Shown here piece by piece: positions 11,901-26,900 of a stretch of 64,000 nt of DNA. The DNA is from Haplodiscus bocki. Taxonomy: Eukaryota. The position numbers were made by a program, and so were the translations under genes. How positions within the stretch are numbered: position 1 is the stretch's first letter; each line of letters begins with the position of its first letter. Location: positions 22,940,001-23,004,000 of the forward strand of contig OZ296648.1 of the NCBI GenBank assembly GCA_965655095.1, given 5' to 3'. The notes beneath the pieces were generated by a model. That model did no database searches. It was not told the DNA's origin and saw only the letters and a list, made by a program, of their open reading frames with translations.

Positions 11901-14900
11901 AGTTTATCAAGTCGAGTATTTACCAAGTTCCTCTAACCATACAGTCAACATCTAAACTCCCCCTGGAATATTTTTTTCAGAGTCGCCGTCACTGGTGATG
12001 GATGGCCAGCGGTTCACATCGGCACATTTTGAGGAAGGTTAGCCTAATTCAAAAATCTCATAAGCTTAGTTGAAAAAGCTCCAACACAAATTTTTCAGGT
12101 CTCGACATCTCAGTTGCTCGCTTGTTCGCAACTAATGGGAAACGGCCTAAATGCAAAGAAGAGCTTCAGAAAATATAAGTACTGTTTTTTTGCTCTGATA
12201 AGTGCTTTCAACAGGCTGCTAAATTAACTTTCATTTATAGATGAAGCAATGATTGACTAACACGGTCACTATGCAAAACACCATGTTTGAGAAAGGGGCC
12301 ACAAAAACCAAAAAACAGACCATACGATGAAGCTTCCCAAATGCCTGCCCGGCACTGTGGTAGACCACAATCACTTTGCAGCACTCGACGCTACAACCAA
12401 ACATGTCTGCCACCAGTTACTTTCTCATTCAACCAAAAGAATTAACCAAGAACTTTTCCTTCAGTACGGCAGCGAATTCTGGAAGGTTAGTTCATACGCT
12501 TAGTTCACAAATGTCATACGCTTAGCATAGCCAAAAAATACGTAGCACCAAAACTCTGGCAAAAGCCATTGAATTTTGGAGCCATGCATTTTTTTCAGTC
12601 TCCTCATACGCAAGCTAAAAAATTTCTATACGCTTCGAATTCAATTTTTATACGCTTAGATTCCAATTCCATACGCTTAGCCTCAAATTGCATACGTTTA
12701 GCCTCAACCAATCCGAACTTTTTCAGATTGACTGGATTTGCAATTATGAAGCGAAACTCTAAAGCTTCTATTCAACGTCAAGAGAGACAGGCAGCTCTCG
12801 ATGCCAAGAGGCTGAGGCAAGATGCAAGCGATGAAAGTGTGAGTACAAGGGCGGATGGAAACGCTGAGAGCTGATGAATTGAAAAATCGCATTATTGAGG
12901 ATGAGGTATTCTTGAGCAAACAAAATGGGTGGAGTCGTCTGACACTGGTTGACAACTTTTTGACATTACCAACAAGACCCCAGCGAATCCCACTGTACTT
13001 GGTTTTTGACATCAAATCAAGCCGGAAGAAAACTGCTAGGGCACCAGGGCACCCATTGGCACAGTCAAAGGAATGGCGGTAGCGCAGCAAGTGGTACCGA
13101 TAACTCAGTTTATCAAGTCGAGTATTTACCAAGTTCCTCTAACCATACAGTCAACATCTAAACTCCCCCTGGAATATTTTTTTCAGAGTCGCCGTCACTG
13201 GTGATGGATGGCCAGCGGTTCACATCGGCACATTTTGAGGAAGGTTAGCCTAATTCAAAAATCTCATAAGCTTAGTTGAAAAAGCTCCAACACAAATTTT
13301 TCAGGTCTCGACATCTCAGTTGCTCGCTTGTTCGCAACTAATGGGAAACGGCCTAAATGCAAAGAAGAGCTTCAGAAAATATAAGTACTGTTTTTTTGCT
13401 CTGATAAGTGCTTTCAACAGGCTGCTAAATTAACTTTCATTTATAGATGAAGCAATGATTGACTAACACGGTCACTATGCAAAACACCATGTTTGAGAAA
13501 GGGGCCACAAAAACCAAAAAACAGACCATACGATGAAGCTTCCCAAATGCCTGCCCGGCACTGTGGTAGACCACAATCACTTTGCAGCACTCGACGCTAC
13601 AACCAAACATGTCTGCCACCAGTTACTTTCTCATTCAACCAAAAGAATTAACCAAGAACTTTTCCTTCAGTACGGCAGCGAATTCTGGAAGGTTAGTTCA
13701 TACGCTTAGTTCACAAATGTCATACGCTTAGCATAGCCAAAAAATACGTAGCACCAAAACTCTGGCTAAAGCCATTGAATTTTGGAGCCATGCATTTTTT
13801 TCAGTCTCCTCATACGCAAGCTAAAAAAATTCTATACGCTTCGAATTCAAGTTTTATACGCTTAGATTCCAATTCCATACGCTTAGCCTCAAATTGCATA
13901 CGTTTAGCCTCAACCAATCCGAACTTTTTCAGATTGACTGGATTTGCAATTATGAAGCGAAACTCTAAAGCTTCTATTCAACGTCAAGAGAGACAGGCAG
14001 CTCTCGATGCCAAGAGGCTGAGGCAAGATGCAAGCGATGAAAGTGTGGGTACAAGGGCGGATGGAAACGCTGAGAGCTGATGAATTGAAAAATCGCATTA
14101 TTGAGGATGAGGTATTCTTGAGCAAACAAAATGGGTGGAGTCGTCTTACACTGGTTGACAAATTTTTGACATCACCAACAAGACCCCAGCGAATCCCACT
14201 GTACTTGGTTTTTGACATCAAATCAAGCCGGAAGAAAACTGCTAGGGCACCCATTGGCACAGTCAAAGGAATGCCGGTAGCGCAGCAAGTGGTACCGATA
14301 ACTCAGTTTATCAAGTCGAGTGTTTACCAAGTTCCTCTAACCATACAGTCAACATCTAAACTCCCCCTGGAATATTTTTCTCAGAGTCGCCGTCACTGGT
14401 GATGGATGGCCAGCGGTTCACATCGGCACATTTTGAGGAAGGTTAGCCTAATTCAAAAATCTCAAGCTTAGTTGAAAATGCTCCAACACAAATTCTTCAG
14501 GTCTCGACATCTCAGTTGCTCGCTTGTTCGCAACTAATGGGAAACGGCCTAAATGCAAAGAAGAGCTTCAGAAAAATTAAGTACTGTTTTTTTGATCTGA
14601 TAAGTGCTTTCAACAGGCTGCTAAATTAACTTTCATTTATAGATGAAGCAATGATTGACTAACACGGTCACTATGCAAAACACCATGTTTGAGAAAGGGG
14701 CAACAAAAACCAACAAACAGACCATTTGATGCCTCTTACCAAAGGCCTGCCCGGCAAAGTGGTAGAGGACAACCACTTTGCAGCAGTCGACGCCACGTCC
14801 AAATATGTCTGCCACCAGTTACTTTCTCATTCAACCAAAAGAATTAACCAAGGACAAGAACTTTTCCTTGAGTATGGCAGCGAATTCTGGAAGGTTAGTT

Positions 14901-17900
14901 CATACGCTTAGTTCACAAATGTCATACGCTTAGCATAGCCAAAAAATACGTAGCACCAAAACTCTGGCTAAAGCCATTGAATTTTATAGCCATGCATTTT
15001 TTTCAGTCTCCTCATACGCAAGCTAAAAAATTTCTATACGCTTCGAATGCAATTTTCATACGCTTAGATTCCAATTCCATACGCTTAGCCTCAAATTGCA
15101 TACGTTTAGCCTCAACCAATCCGAACGTTTTCAGATTGACTGGATTTGCAATTATGAAGCGAATCTCTAAAGCTTCTATTCAACGTCAAGAGAGACAGGC
15201 AGCTCTCGATGCCAAGAGGCTGAGGCAAGATGCAAGCGATGAAAGTGTGAGTACAAGGGCGGATGGAAACGCTGAGAGCTGATGAATTGAAAAATCGCAT
15301 TATTGAGGATGAGGTATTCTTGAGCAAACAAAATGGGTGGAGTCGTCTTACACTGGTTGACAAATTTTTGACATCACCAACAAGACCCCAGCGAATCCCA
15401 CTGTACTTGGTTTTTGACATCAAATCAAGCCGGAAGAAAACTGCTAGGGCACCAGGGCACCCATTGGCACAGTCAAAGGAATAGCGGTAGCTCAGCAAGT
15501 GGTACCGACAACTAAGTTTATCAAGTCGAGTGTTTACCAAGTTCCTCTAACCAGACAGTCAACATCTAAACTCCCCCTGGAATATTTTTCTCAGAGTCGC
15601 CGTCACTGGTGATGGATGGCCAGCGGTTCACATCGGCACATTTTGAGGAAGGTTAGCCTAATTCAAAAATCTCAAGCTTAGTTGAAAATGCTCCAACACA
15701 AATTCTTCAGGTCTCGACATCTCAGTTGCTCGCTTGTTCGCAACTAATGGGAAACGGCCTAAATGCAAAGAAGAGCTTCAGAAAAATTAAGTACTGTTTT
15801 TCTGATCTGATAAGTGCTTTCAACAGGCTGCTAAATTAACTTTCATTTATAGATGAAGCAATGATTGACTAACACGGTCACTATGCAAAACACCATGTTT
15901 GAGAAAGGGGCAACAAAAACCAACAAACAGACCATTTGATGCCTCTTACCAAAGGCCTGCCCGGCAAAGTGGTAGAGGACAACCACTTTGCAGCAGTCGA
16001 CGCCACGTCCAAATATGTCTGCCACCAGTTACTTTCTCATTCAACCAAAAGAATTAACCAAGGACAAGAACTTTTCCTTGAGTATGGCAGCGAATTCTGG
16101 AAGGTTAGTTCATACGCTTAGTTCACAAATGTCATACGCTTAGCATAGCCAAAAAATACGTAGCACCAAAACTCTGGCTAAAGCCATTGAATTTTATAGC
16201 CATGCATTTTTTTCAGTCTCCTCATACGCAAGCTAAAAAATTTCTATACGCTTCGAATGCAATTTTCATACGCTTAGATTCCAATTAAATACGCTTAGCC
16301 TCAAATTGCATACGTTTAGCCTCAACCAATCCGAACGTTTTCAGATTGACTGGATTTGCAATTATGAAGCGAATCTCTAAAGCTTCTATTCAACGTCAAG
16401 AGAGACAGGCAGCTCTCGATGCCAAGAGGCTGAGGCAAGATGCAAGCGATGAAAGTGTGAGTACAAGGGCGGATGGAAACGCTGAGAGCTGATGAATTGA
16501 AAAATCGCATTATTGAGGATGAGGTATTCTTGAGCAAACAAAATGGGTGGAGTCGTCTTACACTGGTTGACAAATTTTTGACATCAGCAACAAGACCCCA
16601 GCGAATCCCACTGTACTTGGTTTTTGACATCAAATCAAGCCGGAAGAAAACTGCTAGGGCACCAGGGCACCCATTGGCACAGTCAAAGGAATGGCGGTAG
16701 CGCAGCAAGTGGTACCGATAACTAAGTTTATCAAGTCGAGTGTTTACCAAGTTCCTCTAACCAGACAGTCAACATCTAAACTCCCCCTGGAATATTTTTC
16801 TCAGAGTCGCCGTCACTGGTGATGGATGGCCAGCGGTTCACATCGGCACATTTTGAGGAAGGTTAGCCTAATTCAAAAATCTCAAGCTTAGTTGAAAATG
16901 CTCCAACACAAATTCTTCAGGTCTCGACATCTCAGTTGCTCGCTTGTTCGCAACTAATGGGAAACGGCCTAAATGCAAAGAAGAGCTTCAGAAAAATTAA
17001 GTACTGTTTTTTTGATCTGATAAGTGCTTTCAACAGGCTGCTAAATTAACTTTCACTTATAGATGAAGCAAGGATTGACTAACACGGTCACTATGCAAAA
17101 CACCATGTTTGAGAAAGGGGCCACAAAAACCAACAAACAGACCATTTGATGCCTCTTACCAAAGGCCTGCCCGGCAAAGTGGTAGAGGACAACCACTTTG
17201 CAGCAGTCGACGCCACGTCCAAATATGTCTGCCACCAGTTACCTTCTCATTCAACCAAAAGAATTAACCAAGGACAAGAACTTTTCCTTGAGTATGGCAG
17301 CGAATTCTGGAAGGTTAGTTCATACGCTTAGTTCACAAATGTCATACGCTTAGCATAGCCAAAAAATACGTAGCACCAAAACTCTGGCTAAAGCCATTGA
17401 ATTTTATAGCCATGCATTTTTTTCAGTCTCCTCATACGCAAGCTAAAAAATTTCTATACGCTTCGAATGCAATTTTCATACGCTTAGATTCCAATTCCAT
17501 ACGCTTAGCCTCAAATTGCATACGTTTAGCCTCAACCAATCCGAACGTTTTCAGATTGACTGGATTTGCAATTATGAAGCGAATCTCTAAAGCTTCTATT
17601 CAACGTCAAGAGAGACAGGCAGCTCTCGATGCCAAGAGGCTGAGGCAAGATGCAAGCGATGAAAGTGTGAGTACAAGGGCGGATGGAAACGCTGAGAGCT
17701 GATGAATTGAAAAATCGCATTATTGAGGATGAGGTATTCTTGAGCAAACAAAATGGGTGGAGTCGTCTTACACTGGTTGACAAATTTTTGACACCAGCAA
17801 CAAGACCCCAGCGAATCCCACTGTACTTGGTTTTTGACATCAAATCAAGCCGGAAGAAAACTGCTAGGGCACCCATTGGCACAGTCAAAGGAATGCCGGT

Positions 17901-20900
17901 AGCGCAGCAAGTGGTACCGATAACTCAGTTTATCAAGTCGAGTGTTTACCAAGTTCCTCTAACCAGACAGTCAACATCTAAACTCCCCCTGGAATATTTT
18001 TCTCAGAGTCGCCGTCACTGGTGATGGATGGCCAGCGGTTCACATCGGCACATTTTGAGGAAGGTTAGCCTAATTCAAAAATCTCAAGCTTAGTTGAAAA
18101 TGCTCCAACACAAATTCTTCAGGTCTCGACATCTCAGTTGCTCGCTTGTTCGCAACTAATGGGAAACGGCCTAAATGCAAAGAAGAGCTTCAGAAAAATT
18201 AAGTACTGTTTTTTTGATCTGATAAGTGCTTTCAACAGGCTGCTAAATTAACTTTCACTTATAGATGAAGCAAGGATTGACTAACACGGTCACTATGCAA
18301 AACACCATGTTTGAGAAAGGGGCCACAAAAACCAACAAACAGACCATTTGATGCCTCTTACCAAAGGCCTGCCCGGCAAAGTGGTAGAGGACAACCACTT
18401 TGCAGCAGTCGACGCCACGTCCAAATATGTCTGCCACCAGTTACTTTCTCATTCAACCAAAAGAATTAACCAAGGACAAGAACTTTTCCTTGAGTATGGC
18501 AGCGAATTCTGGAAGGTTAGTTCATACGCTCAGTTCACAAATGTCATACGCTTAGCATAGCCAAAAAATACGTAGCACCAAAACTCTGGCTAAAGCCATT
18601 GAATTTTATAGCCATGCATTTTTTTCAGTCTCCTCATACGCAAGCTAAAAAATTTCTATACGCTTCGAATGCAATTTTCATACGCTTAGATTCCAATTCC
18701 ATACGCTTAGCCTCAAATTGCATACGTTTAGCCTCAACCAATCCGAACGTTTTCAGATTGACTGGATTTGCAATTATGAAGCGAATCTCTAAAGCTTCTA
18801 TTCAACGTCAAGAGAGACAGGCAGCTCTCGATGCCAAGAGGCTGAGGCAAGATGCAAGCGATGAAAGTGTGAGTACAAGGGCGGATGGAAACGCTGAGAG
18901 CTGATGAATTGAAAAATCGCATTATTGAGGATGAGGTATTCTTGAGCAAACAAAATGGGTGGAGTCGTCTTACACTGGTTGACAACTTTTTGACATCAGC
19001 AACAAGACCCCAGCGAATCCCACTGTACTTGGTTTTTGACATCAAATCAAGCCGGAAGAAAACTGCTAGGGCACCAGGGCACCCATTGGCACAGTCAAAG
19101 GAATGGCGGTAGCGCAGCAAGTGGTACCGATAACTCAGTTTATCAAGTCGAGTGTTTACCAAGTTCCTCTAACCAGACAGTCAACATCTAAACTCCCCCT
19201 GGAATATTTTTCTCAGAGTCGCCGTCACTGGTGATGGATGGCCAGCGGTTCACATCGGCACATTTTGAGGAAGTTTAGCCTAATTCAAAAATCTCAAGCT
19301 TAGTTGAAAATGCTCCAACACAAATTCTTCAGGTCTCGACATCTCAGTTGCTCGCTTGTTCGCAACTAATGGGAAACGGCCTAAATGCAAAGAAGAGCTT
19401 CAGAAAAATTAAGTACTGTTTTTTTGATCTGATAAGTGCTTTCAACAGGCTGCTAAATTAACTTTCACTTATAGATGAAGCAAGGATTGACTAACACGGT
19501 CACTATGCAAAACACCATGTTTGAGAAAGGGGCCACAAAAACCAACAAACAGACCATTTGATGCCTCTTACCAAAGGCCTGCCCGGCAAAGTGGTAGAGG
19601 ACAACCACTTTGCAGCAGTCGACGCCACGTCCAAATATGTCTGCCACCAGTTACCTTCTCATTCAACCAAAAGAATTAACCAAGGACAAGAACTTTTCCT
19701 TGAGTATGGCAGCGAATTCTGGAAGGTTAGTTCATACGCTTAGTTCACAAATGTCATACGCTTAGCATAGCCAAAAAATACGTAGCACCAAAACTCTGGC
19801 TAAAGCCATTGAATTTTATAGCCATGCATTTTTTTCAGTCTCCTCATACGCAAGCTAAAAAATTTCTATACGCTTCGAATGCAATTTTCATACGCTTAGA
19901 TTCCAATTCCATACGCTTAGCCTCAAATTGCATACGTTTAGCCTCAACCAATCCGAACGTTTTCAGATTGACTGGATTTGCAATTATGAAGCGAATCTCT
20001 AAAGCTTCTATTCAACGTCAAGAGAGACAGGCAGCTCTCGATGCCAAGAGGCTGAGGCAAGATGCAAGCGATGAAAGTGTGAGTACAAGGGCGGATGGAA
20101 ACGCTGAGAGCTGATGAATTGAAAAATCGCATTATTGAGGATGAGGTATTCTTGAGCAAACAAAATGGGTGGAGTCGTCTTACACTGGTTGACAAATTTT
20201 TGACACCAGCAACAAGACCCCAGCGAATCCCACTGTACTTGGTTTTTGACATCAAATCAAGCCGGAAGAAAACTGCTAGGGCACCCATTGGCACAGTCAA
20301 AGGAATGCCGGTAGCGCAGCAAGTGGTACCGATAACTCAGTTTATCAAGTCGAGTGTTTACCAAGTTCCTCTAACCAGACAGTCAACATCTAAACTCCCC
20401 CTGGAATATTTTTCTCAGAGTCGCCGTCACTGGTGATGGATGGCCAGCGGTTCACATCGGCACATTTTGAGGAAGGTTAGCCTAATTCAAAAATCTCAAG
20501 CTTAGTTGAAAATGCTCCAACACAAATTCTTCAGGTCTCGACATCTCAGTTGCTCGCTTGTTCGCAACTAATGGGAAACGGCCTAAATGCAAAGAAGAGC
20601 TTCAGAAAAATTAAGTACTGTTTTTTTGATCTGATAAGTGCTTTCAACAGGCTGCTAAATTAACTTTCACTTATAGATGAAGCAAGGATTGACTAACACG
20701 GTCACTATGCAAAACACCATGTTTGAGAAAGGGGCCACAAAAACCAACAAACAGACCATTTGATGCCTCTTACCAAAGGCCTGCCCGGCAAAGTGGTAGA
20801 GGACAACCACTTTGCAGCAGTCGACGCCACGTCCAAATATGTCTGCCACCAGTTACTTTCTCATTCAACCAAAAGAATTAACCAAGGACAAGAACTTTTC

Positions 20901-23900
20901 CTTGAGTATGGCAGCGAATTCTGGAAGGTTAGTTCATACGCTCAGTTCACAAATGTCATACGCTTAGCATAGCCAAAAAATACGTAGCACCAAAACTCTG
21001 GCTAAAGCCATTGAATTTTATAGCCATGCATTTTTTTCAGTCTCCTCATACGCAAGCTAAAAAATTTCTATACGCTTCGAATGCAATTTTCATACGCTTA
21101 GATTCCAATTCCATACGCTTAGCCTCAAATTGCATACGTTTAGCCTCAACCAATCCGAACGTTTTCAGATTGACTGGATTTGCAATTATGAAGCGAATCT
21201 CTAAAGCTTCTATTCAACGTCAAGAGAGACAGGCAGCTCTCGATGCCAAGAGGCTGAGGCAAGATGCAAGCGATGAAAGTGTGAGTACAAGGGCGGATGG
21301 AAACGCTGAGAGCTGATGAATTGAAAAATCGCATTATTGAGGATGAGGTATTCTTGAGCAAACAAAATGGGTGGAGTCGTCTTACACTGGTTGACAACTT
21401 TTTGACATCAGCAACAAGACCCCAGCGAATCCCACTGTACTTGGTTTTTGACATCAAATCAAGCCGGAAGAAAACTGCTAGGGCACCAGGGCACCCATTG
21501 GCACAGTCAAAGGAATGGCGGTAGCGCAGCAAGTGGTACCGATAACTCAGTTTATCAAGTCGAGTGTTTACCAAGTTCCTCTAACCAGACAGTCAACATC
21601 TAAACTCCCCCTGGAATATTTTTCTCAGAGTCGCCGTCACTGGTGATGGATGGCCAGCGGTTCACATCGGCACATTTTGAGGAAGTTTAGCCTAATTCAA
21701 AAATCTCAAGCTTAGTTGAAAATGCTCCAACACAAATTCTTCAGGTCTCGACATCTCAGTTGCTCGCTTGTTCGCAACTAATGGGAAACGGCCTAAATGC
21801 AAAGAAGAGCTTCAGAAAAATTAAGTACTGTTTTTTTGATCTGATAAGTGCTTTCAACAGGCTGCTAAATTAACTTTCACTTATAGATGAAGCAAGGATT
21901 GACTAACACGGTCACTATGCAAAACACCATGTTTGAGAAAGGGGCCACAAAAACCAACAAACAGACCATCCGATGACTCTTACCAAAGGCCTGCCCGGCA
22001 AAGTGGTAGAGGACAACCACTTTGCAGCAGTCGACGCCACGTCCAAATATGTCTGCCACCAGTTACCTTCTCATTCAACCAAAAGAATTAACCAAGGACA
22101 AGAACTTTTCCTTGAGTATGGCAGCGAATTCTGGAAGGTTAGTTCATACGCTTAGTTCACAAATGTCATACGCTTAGCATAGCCAAAAAATACGTAGCAC
22201 CAAAATTCTGGCTAAAGCCATTGAATTTTATAGCCATGCATTTTTTTCAGTCTCCTCATACGCAAGCTAAAAAATTTCTATACGCTTCGAATGCAATTTT
22301 CATACGCTTAGATTCCAATTCCATACGCTTAGCCTCAAATTGCATACGTTTAGCCTCAACCAATCCGAACTTTTTCAGATTGACTGGATTTGCAATTATG
22401 AAGCGAAACTCTAAAGCTTCTATTCAACGTCAAGAGAGACAGGCAGCTCTCGATGCCAAGAGGCTGAGGCAAGATGCAAGCGATGAAAGTGTGAGTACAA
22501 GGGCGGATGGAAACGCTGAGAGCTGATGAATTGAAAAATCGCATTATTGAGGATGAGGTATTCTTGAGCAAACAAAATGGGTGGAGTCGTCTTACACTGG
22601 TTGACAAATTTTTGACATCACAAACAAGACCCCAGCGAATCCCACTGTACTTGGTTTTTGACATCAAATCAAGCCGGAAGAAAACTGCTAGGGCACCAGG
22701 GCACCCATTGGCACAGTCAAAGGAATGGCGGTAGCGCAGCAAGTGGTACCGATAACTCAGTTTATCAAGTCGAGTGTTTACCAAGTTCCTCTAACCAGAC
22801 AGTCAACATCTAAACTCCCCCTGGAATATTTTTCTCAGAGTCGCCGTCACTGGTGATGGATGGCCAGCGGTTCACATCGGCACATTTTGAGGAAGTTTAG
22901 CCTAATTCAAAAATCTCAAGCTTAGTTGAAAATGCTCCAACACAAATTCTTCAGGTCTCGACATCTCAGTTGCTCGCTTGTTCGCAACTAATGGGAAACG
23001 GCCTAAATGCAAAGAAGAGCTTCAGAAAAATTAAGTACTGTTTTTTTGATCTGATAAGTGCTTTCAACAGGCTGCTAAATTAACTTTCACTTATAGATGA
23101 AGCAAGGATTGACTAACACGGTCACTATGCAAAACACCATGTTTGAGAAAGGGGCCACAAAAACCAACAAACAGACCATCCGATGACTCTTACCAAAGGC
23201 CTGCCCGGCAAAGTGGTAGAGGACAACCACTTTGCAGCAGTCGACGCCACGTCCAAATATGTCTGCCACCAGTTACCTTCTCATTCAACCAAAAGAATTA
23301 ACCAAGGACAAGAACTTTTCCTTGAGTATGGCAGCGAATTCTGGAAGGTTAGTTCATACGCTTAGTTCACAAATGTCATACGCTTAGCATAGCCAAAAAA
23401 TACGTAGCACCAAAACTCTGGCTAAAGCCATTGAATTTTATAGCCATGCATTTTTTTCAGTCTCCTCATACGCAAGCTAAAAAATTTCTATACGCTTCGA
23501 ATGCAATTTTCATACGCTTAGATTCCAATTCCATACGCTTAGCCTCAAATTGCATACGTTTAGCCTCAACCAATCCGAACGTTTTCAGATTGACTGGATT
23601 TGCAATTATGAAGCGAATCTCTAAAGCTTCTATTCAACGTCAAGAGAGACAGGCAGCTCTCGATGCCAAGAGGCTGAGGCAAGATGCAAGCGATGAAAGT
23701 GTGAGTACAAGGGCGGATGGAAACGCTGAGAGCTGATGAATTGAAAAATCGCATTATTGAGGATGAGGTATTCTTGAGCAAACAAAATGGGTGGAGTCGT
23801 CTTACACTGGTTGACAAATTTTTGACATCAGCAACAAGACCCCAGCGAATCCCACTGTACTTGGTTTTTGACATCAAATCAAGCCGGAAGAAAACTGCTA

Positions 23901-26900
23901 GGGCACCCATTGGCACAGTCAAAGGAATGCCGGTAGCGCAGCAAGTGGTACCGATAACTCAGTTTATCAAGTCGAGTGTTTACCAAGTTCCTCTAACCAG
24001 ACAGTCAACATCTAAACTCCCCCTGGAATATTTTTCTCAGAGTCGCCGTCACTGGTGATGGATGGCCAGCGGTTCACATCGGCACATTTTGAGGAAGGTT
24101 AGCCTAATTCAAAAATCTCAAGCTTAGTTGAAAATGCTCCAACACAAATTCTTCAGGTCTCGACATCTCAGTTGCTCGCTTGTTCGCAACTAATGGGAAA
24201 CGGCCTAAATGCAAAGAAGAGCTTCAGAAAAATTAAGTACTGTTTTTTTGATCTGATAAGTGCTTTCAACAGGCTGCTAAATTAACTTTCACTTATAGAT
24301 GAAGCAAGGATTGACTAACACGGTCACTATGCAAAACACCATGTTTGAGAAAGGGGCCACAAAAACCAACAAACAGACCATTTGATGCCTCTTACCAAAG
24401 GCCTGCCCGGCAAAGTGGTAGAGGACAACCACTTTGCAGCAGTCGACGCCACGTCCAAATATGTCTGCCACCAGTTACTTTCTCATTCAACCAAAAGAAT
24501 TAACCAAGGACAAGAACTTTTCCTTGAGTATGGCAGCGAATTCTGGAAGGTTAGTTCATACGCTCAGTTCACAAATGTCATACGCTTAGCATAGCCAAAA
24601 AATACGTAGCACCAAAACTCTGGCTAAAGCCATTGAATTTTATAGCCATGCATTTTTTTCAGTCTCCTCATACGCAAGCTAAAAAATTTCTATACGCTTC
24701 GAATGCAATTTTCATACGCTTAGATTCCAATTCCATACGCTTAGCCTCAAATTGCATACGTTTAGCCTCAACCAATCCGAACGTTTTCAGATTGACTGGA
24801 TTTGCAATTATGAAGCGAATCTCTAAAGCTTCTATTCAACGTCAAGAGAGACAGGCAGCTCTCGATGCCAAGAGGCTGAGGCAAGATGCAAGCGATGAAA
24901 GTGTGAGTACAAGGGCGGATGGAAACGCTGAGAGCTGATGAATTGAAAAATCGCATTATTGAGGATGAGGTATTCTTGAGCAAACAAAATGGGTGGAGTC
25001 GTCTTACACTGGTTGACAAATTTTTGACATCACCAACAAGACCCCAGCGAATCCCACTGTACTTGGTTTTTGACATCAAATCAAGCCGGAAGAAAACTGC
25101 TAGGGCACCAGGGCACCCATTGGCACAGTCAAAGGAATGGCGGTAGTGCAGCAAGTGGTACCGATAACTCAGTTTATCAAGTCGAGTGTTTACCAAGTTC
25201 CTCTAACCATACAGTCAACATCTAAACTCCCCCTGGAATATTTTTTTCAGAGTCGCCGTCACTGGTGATGGATGGCCAGCGGTTCACATCGGCACATTTT
25301 GAGGAAGGTTAGCCTAATTCAAAAATCTCATAAGCTTAGTTGAAAATGCTCCAACACAAATTTTTCAGGTCTCGACATCTAAGTTGCTCGCTTGTTCGCA
25401 ACTAATGGGAAACGGCCTAAATGCAAAGAAGAGCTTCAGAAAAATTAAGTACTGTTTTTTTGATCTGATAAGTGCTTTCAACAGGCTGCTAAATTAACTT
25501 TCATTTTTAGATGAAGCAATGATTGACTAACACGGTCACTATGCAAAACACCATGTTTGAGAAAGGGGCCACAAAAACCAACAAACAGACCATACGATGA
25601 AGCTTCCCAAATGCCTGCCCGGCACTGTGGTAGACCACAACCACTTTGCAGCAGTCGACGCCACGTCCAAATATGTCTGCCACCAGTTACTTTCTCATTC
25701 AACCAAAAGAATTAACCAAGGACAAGAACTTTTCCTTGAGTATGGCAACGAATTCTGGAAGGTTAGTTCATACGCTTAGTTCACAAATGTCATACGCTTA
25801 GCATAGCCAAAAAAAAGTAGCACCAAAACTCTGGCTAAAGCCATTGCATCTTGGAGCCATGCATTTTTTTCAGTCTCCTCATACGCAAGCTAAAAAACTT
25901 CTATACGCTTCGAATTCAATTTTCATACGCTTAGATTCCAATTCAATACGCTTAGCCTCAAATTGCATACGTTTAGCCTCAACCAATCCGAACTTTTTCA
26001 GATTGACTGGATTTGCAATTATGAAGCGAAACTCTAAAGCTTCTATTCAACGTCAAGAGAGACAGGCAGCACTCGATGCCAAGAGGCTGAGGCAAGATGC
26101 AAGCGATGAAAGTGTGAGTACAAGGGCGGATGGAAACGCTGAGAGCTGATGAATTGAAAAATCGCATTATTGAGGATGAGGTATTCTTGAGCAAACAAAA
26201 TGGGTGGAGTCGTCTTACACTGGTTGACAAATTTTTGACATCACCAACAACACCCCAGCGAATCCCACTGTACTTGGTTTTTGACATCAAATCAAGCCGG
26301 AAGAAAACTGCTAGGGCACCAGGGCACCCATTGGCACAGTCAAAGGAATGGCGGTAGCGCAGCAAGTGGTACCGATAACTCAGTTTATCAAGTCGAGTGT
26401 TTACCAAGTTCCTCTAACCATACAGTCAACATCTAAACTCCCCCTGGAATATTTTTTTCAGAGTCGCCGTCACTGGTGATGGATGGCCAGCGGTTCACAT
26501 CGGCACATTTTGAGGAAGGTTAGCCTAATTCAAAAATCTCATAAGCTTAGTTGAAAAAGCTCCAACACAAATTTTTCAGGTCTCGACATCTCAGTTGCTC
26601 GCTTGTTCGCAACTAATGGGAAACGGCCTAAATGCAAAGAAGAGCTGCAGAAAATATAAGTACTGTTTTTTTGATCTGATAAGTGCTTTCAACAGGCTGC
26701 TAAATTAACTTTCATTTTTAGATGAAGCAATGATTGACTAACACGGTCACTATGCAAAACACCATGTTTGAGAAAGGGGCCACAAAAACCAACAAACAGA
26801 CCATACGATGAAGCTTCCCAAATGCCTGCCCGGCACTGTGGTAGACCACAACCACTTTGCAGCAGTCGACGCCACGTCCAAATATGTCTGCCACCAGTTA

